Assembly (NCBI RefSeq): GCF_031769215.1
Contig: NW_026782072.1
Span: 1,116,001 to 1,180,000 of the forward strand
From: Ylistrum balloti
Lineage: Eukaryota
DNA length: 64,000 nt
Reading direction: 5' to 3'
Shown: positions 34,843-48,689 of the stretch, piece by piece
Layout: each line of letters begins with the position of its first letter
How positions within the stretch are numbered: the stretch's first letter is position 1
Notes under the pieces: model-generated
Told to the model about the DNA's origin: nothing
The model's database searches: none
What the model saw: only the letters and a program-made list of their open reading frames with translations
Translations under genes and position numbers: made by a program

Positions 34843-37800
34843 TTACCACAATCCCGGAAAGAACCTGCCATGGTAGTTGAATGGAATCGTAGTGGGCAGA
34901 TATGCCTTGTTGATCAATGTCATTGTCTTCGGATCTACAATTCCAAGATAGGACAACTCTCGCTCACCATCCAAAACTACTAAAAGCAGCACGCCATCAT
35001 CTTCCGATTTCGCTTCAGGCGCAGGCAGAAACCATACTTCAGTCGGGTAATGATGAGGAATTTGGAACATTTTGGTTTCAGTCTTCCCGCATACGTCCTT
35101 TTTTACGATTCCCGTGTGGCTAAAACCTTCACCATTCCAGTTGAATATGACACCGTATACAAAGCAATACGGCCTTGATCTGTAGTTTTCGTTGATGCTT
35201 GGAAGTTCCATATTCATCGCGTCCGGGTAATCGTAATGTGTAATGGTTTTGTTATCCATGTTTATTGTATATCTTCTTAGTTTGGATATGAGAGTCATTG
35301 ACTTCCTCTCGGTTGCGTTTAATACAGATGGGAAGTTTAATTTCTTAAAGAAATACGGATTAGGTTGAACGGGAATATCGACCGTTAATTTACTGCCTAC
35401 TTCATAAGCATTGGCATGATGCAAAGCGAAAACTGTGTCAGTCTCAAAGGTTTCTACCTTTCCAGTCGGAATATTAACAACGTAGACTTTTGCCTTTTCT
35501 TCAGCCTTCCATTCCATCCCAGCTGCAGCATATCCATTTTCCGCCATTGTCATGAAATTTTGATAGTAGGGATGCCCGATGAATATCACATGATTTTCCG
35601 TTACTGCAAACGAATGCATGTACGGTGCAGAATCTAGACGCCATTCAGCAATAACCTCGTGATCCTCGGCGCCTTTGGTCCTGATAACGGTAATTTTGTC
35701 CTGGACGACGCCCGGAATCATTCCAGCTCCACCTAGATAATCAATATACACTCCTGGCTTTCCATATTCCTGAAGTGGGTGGGCAGACGACAATAGACTT
35801 ATGACATCGTCAGTTTTGGAATGATTTGAGGTCGGAATCTTCGCGTTAATCAGCCTTACTGTGTCCAGTGTCGGGAGGTCAATTTCATAGCACTTCCATA
35901 AATCTGTCACTGCGACAAATGTATTGGAATAATTGTAAAAGTTCACGTTCATGTTATCCATCGCATTGACCATGGCTTCTACTTTTTGTTCGTCATCATA
36001 CGGAGGGATGGTTACACCAAAGTTAAGATAAGGGGCAATGTCATTCAGCTCCACTGAGGTTTTGTAGAAAGAAGACTGGATAAATTTTGTGGAAAATAGA
36101 CACGAACCGTCTCCCGGAAACTTCCAACTCATTAACTTGGCGTAACCATCAAGAGCCTGTGTGAAATTACGTTTTCCCATCTCAAACTGTCCTGGACCAT
36201 TTCGTACCTGAAGAGAAAATACAATATGTCAAACAAAGTATAAAATGGTGTTAACTGTATCTAACACATTAGTAGTCAGTTAACGTAATGAAAAGCTGAG
36301 ATACACGATACGTTATGTTAATTAATAAACAGAGACCAAATAAAGTTTGTCATAAAAAAACGCATATGAATTATCTAATATAAAAACAAAAACTTATATT
36401 TAAGTACGATCAAAACATTTCAGGTTCAATAATAGCGCTAAATCTGTTTGTTAAGAGTGAAGTATGGACATTGTGTTTTCTCCATACGTTCTTACAATTG
36501 AAAAATAAAATGATGTAACGGTAATTTAAGAAGCATCGTCAAGAAACGAAATCCACGCTTTGACGTCATTCAGTATTGAAATGTGTGTAATGTCTTTGAT
36601 ATTGGTGCCAGCATATCTCATTATCTAGATTTCAATATTGATTTCGACCAATTTTGATTTCCTCTGTCGCCACCGAGCTTTCAGCAATTACGGCCCTTAG
36701 TATAATTGATGAGTTCTAGAAGTAGAAAACAGCTTTATGGTGGATTTCTTTTATTTGACACCACTGTAGATGTAGACTAACGTTAGATTTAAAGGTGCTA
36801 TTCACTTGTTTGTCTTATGTATAACCTGAGAATTGTAAGTATATAACACTGACGAAAACTTATAATTTGACATGTATTAGATCATCATGGTAGACTTTTA
36901 TGCATGTCTTTGTCCCAAAGACACACAACACGTGTGTGCATCTCTTGAAAAACAAATTTAGTGATGCTTAGACCTAAGATTTGAAGCTTAGGAGATGACA
37001 GGAAAATTCCAATTGATCGAAAGACCAAATCTAGAAGGGGATATGCACAAGTCTCAAAATTAAATAGATTGTGTTAAAAGGACACAGCCTGTGACATTTT
37101 GTTAGATCAGATTTCCACAACTACAAATAACTGATAAAAACACAAAACAACACCATAAAAACGAATGAAGGTTAAAATCTGATATTTTTGCAAACATTTA
37201 TAGTTCTAAGGAAAATTTTACAGATACATGTTTTCAGTTATGAAATTAAACACGCTGAGGATTTGAATTTAACTAAAATTTAATTAAAAATAAATTGTAC
37301 AGAAATACAAAAGTAGCCTTAACAGATTGGTTGATGGTATTAGTTGCAAGTTAAATGCATATATACTTAGTGTTTATACTAACATGTGTATAATATAAAT
37401 GATAAATTACATATCGTGATTTTTCGGTCAGTGCCCATGATGGAATATATTCAATAGCTGTCAAAATACAATCAATCAGATAAACTTTTGATTCAATTAT
37501 TTAATTTTTGCAACCTGATTCACATTATTTTCTAACAACACGTATCACTTACAAGATGAAGTTAACATATCATTAAAACGATGTTGATAAACCTGAATCC
37601 CTCGAGAAGAAATAGTCCTGGCCATCCATACATTTATTTTTCAACAAGTAAGGCTATATGGTTGTGCAAAATAGACAAGTTAATATCTGCTCAAGTTGGA
37701 CTTAATATCTGCTTGTGTGAATGTTGTCGTCTGCTAAATAATTGTTTAATGACTGAAAATTAAATCTGCAACAAGACGAAGAACTGCTTCTTGACAATGT

Positions 37801-39307
37801 TTTGACGCCATGGATACCAGGACAACTGAGAAAGGTTACAAAACAATGACAATTTAAAGATGGCTGCCTCTCAGTTCGGAGGGAAGCGGAAGACGACCGT
37901 AGAACACAGTATAAACGTTATTCTTCCGCTAGGCTGTCGAAGAATTTTCATAATTTGTAAACTGTATTGTCAAAATTATTTTTACAGCTTTTACAAACTG
38001 TTTTGTATATTTGTGTATCGCATAATCGTATTTTGCCTCAGTTATACTGTTTTATCCTCTTATTAAAAATGCCGGACAATATTTTTAATTCATTAGACCT
38101 GCACAAATTCTGGTTACTGCAGACTCGGATTTGTTCAAATATTAAAAACAAATGATTTTGAATGAAATATACTGTTGCTCTTGGGGCAAATTTAATGAAC
38201 TGCGAAGCATTTTATGTTGAATTTATTTCAACAGCAAATCAATTCATCATCCCATGAAATTAATAAAAACCAGATTAAATTCTTAAATATCAAATTTAAC
38301 ACAAATTTTGAATTAGATAGAACAGAGCCAAATGAATTAAACTGCATTATCCATGAAATCAATAAAAACAAGATTAAATTCTTAAATATCTAATTTAATA
38401 CAAATTTTGAATTAGGTAGAAAAGAGCCAAATAATGAATTAAACTGCATTATAAAGCTTTGTTTTCCTTCTATAACTTGTCAGTGCCCAGGACATAAAAT
38501 TTTCTAACCTATGAGGTGACATAGAAACATTAGAGGTTATCTTAAAGATATTTCGAAATCAAGTTGTGGAGATGTACCAGCTATGTAATTAAATAAGTTT
38601 CGTTATTTTCATATTATGATAATTTCTCCTGTTCATCGTTCACAAACTATCATTCCTTTATACCTGTTTAGTGGAACTAGACCGGAATCAGTTCCTGTGT
38701 TTAAGTAGAATAGTGTTTACAAGTGTTGACGGTAAAATCTTCAATTTTTGTGGGAGATTTATTTTGGAGGATTTCATTTGTAATTAACAAATTCATATGA
38801 CCATGCAATGTTGAATTAGCATAAGTGGATTTATCAAGTTATGTTTATCCATAAAAGCAAGACTTTACAGTAAATGAATCAAAGTTTAACTTTTTTATTT
38901 TTGATTTTAATTTGTTTTTATTTGAACACGTAAACGTTTTCCTAATTTTAATTACATATTTGCAATTCATGATAGTAATAATTATTATTATTAATTTCCT
39001 GAACGTAAATGTATGTTTAAGTGTATCATGTGTCTGAATAGTTCATATATAAATATGGTTATCTATTTACTACTATTTACCATGATTTTGACAGGGAAAA
39101 ATAATCAAACAAAACTCTTACCAGAGTCCCGTAAATCCAGCTAGGTAGAGGTTTTTCGAACTTTATTGGATAATCCTCAAATATTTTCGTGTTTGTCTTC
39201 CACCAGTATTGGAAACCTGGGGCGTCATCATCGCCTGACCCGCCTCTTGTGAGGGGGGCTACTGTCACCACTAGTAGCAGGGTGAAGGAGAGAAGCATGT
39301 TCCTCAT
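34843..39307 (-). CDS. Carotenoid cleavage oxygenase (RPE65/BCO superfamily, BCO-like), 2 exons, 516 aa, N-terminal signal-peptide-like segment
   Basis: Exon 1 39307-39122 (ends WIYGTL|gtaaga) and exon 2 36207-34843 (ttcag|VRNGPG), phase 0. All four Fe-ligand His contexts are present: SAHP, YMHSF, LHHANAYE and YHGRF. Second-shell acidic residues occur in MELPSIN, YPTEVWF and AVTDLW. Confidence 0.93.
38252..38450. repeat. ~98-bp tandem duplication in the oxygenase intron
   Basis: CCATGAAAT..AATAAAAAC..GATTAAATTCTTAAATATC...ATGAATTAAACTGCATTAT occurs twice. Confidence 0.85.
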
Positions 39308-41459
39308 TGTGTGGTCGCGGTAATAATGATAAGTTATTTGGTAGCAATCAACCTCAGTATCATCTCAGATAGCAGTCACATGTTCAGTCATCGTATTTTG
39401 ACCCTTTTATCGAATTAAATTTTTGTTTGGATATAGAAGTGTATACATGTATATAGCCGTACTTATCATGATTTTTAAAAATGAAACTAGCATGATATAA
39501 TTAATATTTTGTGACTTTTATTTGTTCAAGTAAAACATCATTCAAAGACATCCATTCGTCATCACGACTGTTCCATCCGTCGAATACTGGACAGTGAGCC
39601 TAATATTGTATACTAAGGAGTCGGCCGAGGTAATTCAAACACGATCTAAATGGGGAGGCGCACTTGTTCCACAATTCAATCAATTATATAATTTTCTAAC
39701 AATTTCAGAAAAAAAACGTAAAGTACAGTACGTATGGATAGTCGGAACGGTGCCAATATTAGAATAAATGAAACGTGAAATGCAGGTTACAACAATCATT
39801 CGGGATTAAAGTTCACCATCAGAACCCACCACTTGCAATTTCGAAGATAAAAAAATAACATGATACTATAAAACAGTTATAACACCATCATATACTTTGG
39901 TTACCAACAACGTTTTCACCTTTATTGGATAATAACAGTCAAGGTGGGATTTTGCTGAATCAGAAATTAATATTACAATTTAAAGTTTCCTAAATCTATG
40001 ATTCACAAAATATTTACATGTTTTCATACATAGCCCGTTTTCATTTGTTTTTTCCTATTATAAGTGTCTTTATTCTTTCCTCAACTGGTTATGATGTTTG
40101 AAATATAAATAAGTAGATATATTCGATAAAATAATTCTAAATCAATTCATACAATTCTTTATGACTAATTATATCTAACATGTAGGTTTCTCACTACGAT
40201 TTTGTTTGAAACACTTTTACACCCATGACAACGTAACACCTCATATCTATTTATAGGTAAATCATTTCTGATGATAACTGTCTATGAAACGTGAAATAAA
40301 TTAAATATATTTATCATATTAAACAAAACGACACAACAAAATAATGAAATTTTATGTTTCAATAATGAATATTCATCTAACGCATACTTGAATGCTCCGG
40401 TGTGAGAAGGGGCATAAATATACGATATAAAGACTACAACATATTACACTCTCGCCATTGTATAGGAGATAAGTTATGGGTGGTAGTGGACAACCTATAT
40501 AGCTACCTATGTCTATCCTATCCCGTCCTGAATCAATCACTGACACTGCTCTAACTACTTATTTCTCATAGGGACTTGTAAACAATCTAGATATGGGTAA
40601 ATTATTTACACTTATATGACCTGGATAAGCTCGACCCTACTTCGGATAAACTCCTGTTTCAAGTACCAAAAGTCATTCGGTCATCATTACTATTTATGGA
40701 AAATCATTGTTCTCCATTGCTTAATGCAAATTATATTGTGAACATACCTCCTATAAGACTATTTAACATAGGTACAATGTAAACATCTAGTTAACCTCTT
40801 CAAATAGAAGCACCAATTAGGGACACCAGTTAAGTAAGAATGTTGATTTTAATGGATTTCTAATTAAATGTATCACGGGAAATAACGCATACAGTTTTAT
40901 TCTTCAAGGTTCAAATGTTAAGGTAAGTGTATCCACCTATTTTACTTCTTCATTTCTTACAGAATGTTTATTATCCACTATACCTTGAATGAATGCATGT
41001 GTCGTGGTTTTAAGCTTATGATTAAAATTGTATTTAACAAATTCATATGATTACATTACACTTAGAGACCTTATCAATATGATGATACCATTTTGCTTTA
41101 GCCCTGACTTAATACTCGTTGAACTTTCCCCAGCCGTATATACGCTTTGATATGTCGAGTGATAATCTCTTTATGACCTCTGAAGGCAGCTGTTTTTCAG
41201 GGAATTTGCCATGTTGGGTAACATAAAAATGTATGAATTTGATCTTAACCGAATTTTCTTTCATATGATAAAATTCTCAGAAATGTTCAGTTGAAATAAA
41301 AACTACAAGACAAGTTCCATAAAATTTCATATGAAATGAAGCAAATTGAAGATAGCGAGGAGTAAAATTACACTGCTGTTACCAATCAATTGTAGCGTGG
41401 AACGTCTTACGGAGAAAAGGTGTCCTTTAGTAAATGACCCTCTAGGTAGCGCTAGGCTA

Positions 41460-42130
41460 AATAAAGTTAATGTTAGTCCTTGAGAAAAACTACAATTCAA
41501 CACTTATTCCCCTTTGGGTCCCGCCTCTAAGGCCCCTAGGAACCGAAAACCAATCCTTACAGAAACCTTGTTCCCCTCCACACCTTCTGGCCAAATTTGG
41601 CAAAATTCTATCATTCCTACATTCTATTACTCCTTCGTTGACCTGCCCATCCCGCATGAGGTCGCCGAAACTCAACATTTATGCAAAATTGATTCCCATT
41701 CATCAAACAATGCTTCAAACGAAATGTGGGTAAAATCCAATAATTCCTACAGGAGGAGATTTTTTTTTTTTAATTTGATCTATTACCCATATTATACTGA
41801 ATCCCACCCCTCACGCAACAGACGGCTGATTCCTACTATTTATACCAGATTGATTCCCCTTCCTAAAACAATGCCTCAGACCAAATTTGGGTAAAATCCA
41901 ATCAATCTTAAAGGGGAAGTAGGATTTAAAACTTTTCCCTTTTGCGTCCCGCCCTATAGGCCTCCGGGTGCCAAGGCCCACCATTTAAACAAAATGTATA
42001 TCACTTTTTATAAGGATTCTTCTGACCAATTTTTATCAAAATCCTCAAATTCGTATATGACTAGTATCGATTTGTATGAAAACGTTGACGGACGGACGCA
42101 ACGTTGTCATAAGTTTACTTGGCTGACCTA
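41460..42130. mobile_element. Non-autonomous pearl/Helentron-like element with internal subrepeats
   Basis: Recurrent CCAAATTTGG(G/C)AAAAT(C/T)C and ATTCCC motifs; ends in GACGGACGGACG...CATAAGTTTACTTGGC. Confidence 0.5.
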
Positions 42131-42930
42131 ACATTTAGCGGTGAGTTACTGATGCCCCTGTTTTATGCAGATAGAGACAACGTAAATACAAACAGTGTCA
42201 CGGACACGTAACCATGGATCAAGGTAATTTATTCACGATAAGATAATGTGTATTACAGGCGCCCCTACAACACAATGCTGATAATATATAGAAACAATTC
42301 TGCAATACTTTTCATCACACTACTATAAAAAAGTTACATTTAACAGGTAAGTAAAAGGACAAAATCAGAATTGCCTGTACCATAAAGTAACGCCATTGTC
42401 AATCATTGCGACTTTAGAGTAGATTTCTGAGTGATGCAGTCAATACAAAATGTCCAATGATATATATTACAGGAGTGACACTTAAGCAAAGCTATACATG
42501 AGCGAAGTCAATGGGTAATAGTCGGATAATGTAGTAAATATGTTTGTGTTAGCATGGTAACCCAGCTCAGAGACTGCAGCTTGTGATTTGTTGTACATAT
42601 CTTATAAACAAAAAACAACAAAGAAATGTTGTCAAATGGTCATTTATTAAATGACAGTAACATTTCAAATACACCCATTATATCAATCAATGTTGTTATA
42701 TAATATATAGATCTGAATGACATTAACTTCAGTTTATGTGTACAACAGAAAGATGGGGTACAAATTATCCGCATACAAACATAAGTTTAAATAACACAAA
42801 AACATGGATAGATAAGCTGGCTCAAGACAAAATGTGGTAGTGTGGTAAGGGTGGGACTTCGAAAGCAGCATAAAAAAATGATGAAGATATGACGCTGTCA
42901 AAATCACGAAGAGGTGCGCGCCACGCTGAT

Positions 42931-43136
42931 TGGTCAATCCAGGCCCTGACCGCACAGCATTGCGACTACTGCCGCTGATCACGTGAAAAGCCCCTGCTGA
43001 CTGGTCAAGCTAAAACCGTGACCGCATAGCGAGTTGACCAACACAGCCCTCGCTAAGACGTGCACACATAACATCCAAACAACAAGAGATATAAATTAAA
43101 TAGGGTAACAGATGGTCACCAGGTGGTCAGAGTTCA
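42931..43136. promoter_or_regulatory. Cluster of nuclear-receptor half-sites (DR5 + DR1 composite), E-box and CCAAT
   Basis: TGGTCA-ccagg-TGGTCA-g-AGTTCA at 43113-43136; further GGTCA/TGACC sites at 42931, 42947, 43002, 43019 and 43035; CACGTG at 42980. Confidence 0.3.
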
Positions 43137-43897
43137 AGATCTTAATCCAACTAACAAAATCATGCAAGAGCCAACTTACATAACATTATAATGTGAAGAA
43201 AATCTGCAGGATTATGATAAATATACATATATATATATACAGGAATATATAAAGTAACCATCTAACACAATTGTATTTATTTTATGATATAAATTTTATT
43301 TATCATACAACGGATAACATGAATAAGGAATACAAGGATCACTTGAATATCAAAGAAATGCATCTGTTGAATGTAGTCTGAGTGGACAGTTCCAGCATCA
43401 TACACTATCTACTCTATCAAAAATATTTGGTAATGTTCCCAAAGTCAATAAGAAATTTAAACATATTACTCTTGTCAATCAGCTAGTATAATATGATCTT
43501 CTTGTTATTTCAGAGTTACTTATTTAGCTAAAAAGACATTCGACATGAGTTTTTCAATATGAACAGTTGATGCAATATTCTAAGCAAATAAACACTGAAA
43601 ACAGCATCCTGAACCGGGGTCACAAAAATTAACGCCTTAAATTGTTAAGATCAAAACTGGCCATTGTAACCTTTTAATATTTACTGCATCAACACCTTGA
43701 GTTTTCGCAAGTTTACACGATTGAAGATTACTGACCAGGAATAATGTTGGTGTATATATAACACTTTCGTATCTGAAGGGAAATATTGTGAACAATTAGG
43801 TAATTTGATACCTTATTTTTCAGGATATGTTAGTCATTTTCACACATTTGGATTTATGATGGCGTCCTCATGGTTTTATTTACTTTGTGTGGAATTT

Positions 43898-46499
43898 TCA
43901 CTCAAATACTATATCTACATCGTATCCTTGCATTTTTTCTTTATAAATAAGATCAAAATGTTGGCTTTGTTCTGGCGTAAACCATCTCTTCCAGTCCCCT
44001 ATCTCACCTAAAGAAGAAAATAGATAACAAGAACAAACGTCGATGGATAAATAGTAAAATAGGTTCGACTATGGGGATTAGAAAAATCAAATGATTAGTT
44101 TGATACTCAAATAATTATTACGAAAAGATGGGTCACTATTTATAAAAGGACTTCATATGGGTTTATTACCAAGTCGAAATCTCCCTCGACGATTTTGAGG
44201 AGGAATATCAAGGAAAAATACCTTTCTGTGAAATTACTTTATATCTTGATAATTAATTCGTAAAAACGTTTCTATGTAAAATTATGTAACTTTGAAATCG
44301 ATCACAATATACTCATAGGTAAGATGAAACTGGTCAATACTTACTTCAAAATGTTTACCGATCTTTTAAATCATATTTTGAAATCTTTCTCGCATATTAG
44401 CTTATTAGCACTCACGTTATACTTCTTACTTGAAACAATATATATTTATGATAGATCTATACATGATACTGACCTTTCCTGTACACAGGAAGAACCCCGT
44501 CTTCACTAAAATCTTTGAATTCCTGTATGCTTTTTGATTCTTCCTTGTGCTTTTGTTTCATTGTTGTGAAGTCCGTGCAAGCCATCACCTTTTTGCAGAA
44601 ATCCTTATCGCTAGTAATTCCAAGAAATTCCTGAACTCTTTCCAGATTTGAAAGTGTATTCTGCAACATTGATTAGTAATGTGAAACTGTACTCTATCAA
44701 TCGCTCTGAATACATGTTCGATGCAGATATATCTATAGTGATGAATGAAAAATGTCAGTATTCAAGAACCTATAAGAAGTGTCTGTATAGCTATAATGAT
44801 AAATGAAAGTAAAAGCAAACATTCTATGTGTATTGCTAGCTAATCAGATAAAAAGAAACAGGCCATGCATCTTAGTAGACGTGACCAATAGACTAGTTAT
44901 ACTGTTGTAAGTATGGCACATATAACTTTTTTACAACACCACGTGGAAATATTGTTACAAGGAAAATTGTACAAATTACACACAAGTGAATATCACCTTT
45001 AAATACAACCTTTTAATCCAAAAGAAATTAAAAAAATTGATAACTTAGAAAAATAGATATCAAGAGATTTTTTTATGCATCTCATATTCCGTTAATCTTA
45101 TTTGAGTAGTAATATCTATATTGATTATTTACCTACTATGGATATCACAGGTCTACTTACATGGTCTTATCTTTGTCTTCCTACTTACCCTTTTCAGATC
45201 TTCATAGTAAAGCATAAGAGTCCTCATCTTTGGGTACTTCTTTTTAATATCCAGCCAGTCTTTGATGACAGCAAACCAATTTCCAAAGAAAACTACAATA
45301 TAATGTAAATAGTTCTTTATCAATTTAATGGCATTTGATATTGTTATACCCGTATGCCCGTTAGTTTATGTATATAGTGCACATTACAAAATCTTAAATG
45401 GACATTATCAAAAAAGTGTCATTGTTCAGATAACATAATATCTTACGAGTAAATATCAGTTGCCCATGTTTTACGTATAATATTATATTTGTTGTGTGTC
45501 AGTTGCCTGTACTCTTAATGACATACTTTCATAGCAAGAAGTTTGTCATACATTCTGATAATGCAGGAATGTATTATAATGTGCTTGACATAATCGTGCA
45601 TTGACTATTATAAAGCGTTATGATAATGGAATAACATACATTCATCCTTTAGAAAGAAATTTAGAAATCCATCGAAGCCCCCAGTGAATCCAACATTCTT
45701 TAAAGAGGTCAAAAAGCAATAGTAAGAGACAGCAGCGTCTTTAGGATTCCGGATTATGTTGACAACCGTGCCAATGCCGTTCTTCATGTCATCAGGAAGC
45801 AAATCTAACTCTAGATGAGTTGCAAACAGCCTTGGAGATTGCATATTGTTTATGACATCAATATCGAAAAACTCCAGATACACCGGAGTACCGGCATATG
45901 TGAGGTTTCCGGTGAGAAACATACGTAATATGTTGTACATCCAGTGTGTTCCTAGAAGATACAAGATATTTAATAATGCATTTTACATAAAGCTTTCCTG
46001 ACAGAATTGTTATAGATCAAATGCTATGTTTTAGAAAAAAGAACGTTGGATGTTTAAGAATTTCAAAAATATATTATCAAATAAAACAGTTATAGGTAAT
46101 ATTTTTAAGTCAAATTGTTTCTGCTAATCAAACATTCCTATTTTTGAAACTATTCAACATGTGGCAAATGGCGTGATGGACAACTCAATCATATGGTGGT
46201 GATTAAAGTGGTAAAGAGTTTTCCGTTCAATTCTGTGCTGTGAATATACACAATGTGTAACAATAGAGTGATCATATTAGCTTCAGGATGCGCCAGCATA
46301 AATACTAAAGGTTCATACCGCATTTGGGGTAAGTATACAGCAACACATCATCCTGTCGACATTTAAGTTGGGCAGTGTTGATTACCAAGTCCCGGATGTT
46401 ACTCGAGATAACGGGAGGAAATACAAAGCCCTTGTATAGTGAATACTGGATGGTATTGCCACGCTCATCCTTTCTTTCTACCTTCTCAATCACATCCAT
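43898..46499 (-). CDS. Cytosolic sulfotransferase (SULT family), 5 coding exons, 297 aa
   Basis: Exons 46499-46319, 45951-45640, 45292-45189, 44660-44474 and 44007-43898; GT-AG with consistent phases (894 nt). Motifs: TYPKCGTHW (5'-PSB loop), ATHL (catalytic His), RNPKDAAVSYY (3'-PB), YYEDLK and RKGEIGDWK. Confidence 0.95.
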
Positions 46500-47921
46500 T
46501 TTATGATTCCTCTTTGCTAGATATAAAAATAGTGTTTCAGGTACAATCTAGACATTAATTTTGTCAGTATCATATTTAAGCATTGAACAGTTACCAAATG
46601 GTAGTATACAGTCGATATGACAACAATTTGGGATGTATACTTACATTCTGTGTTGTATTTGCCTACAAGTCGTTAGTGCATCAAATTGTAGTATATGAGT
46701 CTATATACTACGATCTACAGTGATGAGGCCAATGTATCAATACATCTGATAGTGTCATATATACACATATACCCTTCAGTTCAGGTTTCTGATGGGTTGG
46801 GAAAACATATAGAAGTTATAAGAATACATGGATGTCGACACAGTAGTTTTATTGTCTAAATAAGATTTTCACAATGTACAAACACCATTACCATATATAG
46901 TTACTTACGTATACTCACACGTACATTGAAAGGTGAATGTAATGGAGCATTTCTTATTTTAAGAAATGATTCGTTATAAAAGTGATAAGCAGAGCACCGA
47001 TCATAGCGAAGGTAACTAAACGCGGATTTCAGTCTCCATACGTTTGAGATGTAATAAAGCCTCACCAATCACCGTAGTGTGTCTGTACGTTAGAGCGACC
47101 TTTTCTCTTCATGTATTATATACATCGTGTGAATTAAACTTATCAATATGATACAATGTCAGAAAATTACTTCCTTTAGAATTAAGCAACCAATGTCCCT
47201 TTACCTATACGATTCGACAGACGTATAGGTTACCAGCTTATTTTTGAGAACTAACAATATTCTATCCAGATTTATGCGTTTGTAATTTAGCTCGCACAAC
47301 CTGGTAACAAACTAGCAAGCATCTTCTCCTTGTTACAAAACACTTTAACCAGAGTGATAACGTATTATCTCGTCATGATTAACTGGACTTACCTATGTAG
47401 TATTTTGTTGTAGGTCTTAATCGCTGACAATGACGACCAATGCTGTCCTGCATAACATCAAACACTCTCTTACATTGTAACACATACACCGAATTACGTC
47501 ATACACGTTCGTTATAAAATTTAGAGCACGGACAGGACAATAAGAAATGTAAATAAGATCGGAATCAGTTGAATCTTAAATATCCCCATGCATAAGCAAA
47601 CGTGGTACACCACGTGGTCGCTTCGGGTTACAGTCACGATTGATCTTTCCCTTGGTTCAGATTAAGACAATTTCAATTATTCGTATTTCTTTTACTGAAG
47701 GGTCGTATTAATGATAATTATATTGTTAATCAAACATGATAGAACTTGGACTAAATACTTAACCATGAACTGCCTAGATGACATAAGAATGTGTTAGTGT
47801 GGTCTGTTTACACTGATTAGACTGTTAATCCGCGGAACACAGGCTATTCACAACAGTTTAAGAATATGTGCACAAACTCCCAAATAAAACATGCATAAAT
47901 ATATATATATATATTATATAT

Positions 47922-48623
47922 TGTAACGTGTGCGGGGTCTGCCCTAGTTGGTAGCGCTGGCAGAACGGGCCCCGAAACACGCCACGTTTCCGTGCCCTAC
48001 TATGGACACTAGTGGGTGGGATCTTTTAGGAATGATGGCCCGGCCGAGCCAAAGATGACCAGGAGACAGTTATCAGTTTATTGAGCAAGGAACAGCACCC
48101 CAGGTACAATTGCCCCTACCGGCGGCGATACGCTAAGTTTGGAAAAGGCTATTGGCTGACAGTCACAGCCCGGAAAGCAGGATATCGACTGCCTGGGCGC
48201 AGCCCCTCTCTAGATACCGGCAGGGTATGGCAGTCCAAGGCTCCAGCTTACAGCTGTGTAAAGTGGATCAGCCGATCCACGTACTACACAGAGTAGCCGT
48301 GCTTCCAACACGTGACCTGGTTGCCAGAGTTGAAGCCCACAGACCACCATACGGCCGCCGTCTTATACAGCAATACGACGATTACTCTAACTTTATTAAC
48401 TTTACAGCCCTGTCCAAACTTGTACAAAAAGACCTAACATTAACCGAATGCTTAATTATGTAAGAGGTGCATACGCTTATCATTCTGAAATAACTACACC
48501 TAAATTATACCAAAAGATTATCCAGTAATTAACAATTAACTATCTAAATGACAACATAACAATGGAAATAACTCTTACCTATTATTAAAACAGAGACAAT
48601 GTGTACAGAGGCATAACGTTACA
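47922..48623 (-). mobile_element. Solo LTR (702 bp), probably Gypsy-type
   Basis: TGTAACG...CGTTACA termini, flanking ATAT duplication within (TA)n, GC-rich body, minus-strand AATAAA near 48078-48083, no internal domain. Confidence 0.82.
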
Positions 48624-48689
48624 ATATATATATTTTACAGTTAAAAAAAAATTCAAATCAACACGACAAATGTATTCCGCTAACGTTTT

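Noticed and set aside
48081-48463. 71-aa and 103-aa ORFs
   Set aside because: They lie inside the GC-rich solo LTR and have no recognisable domain.
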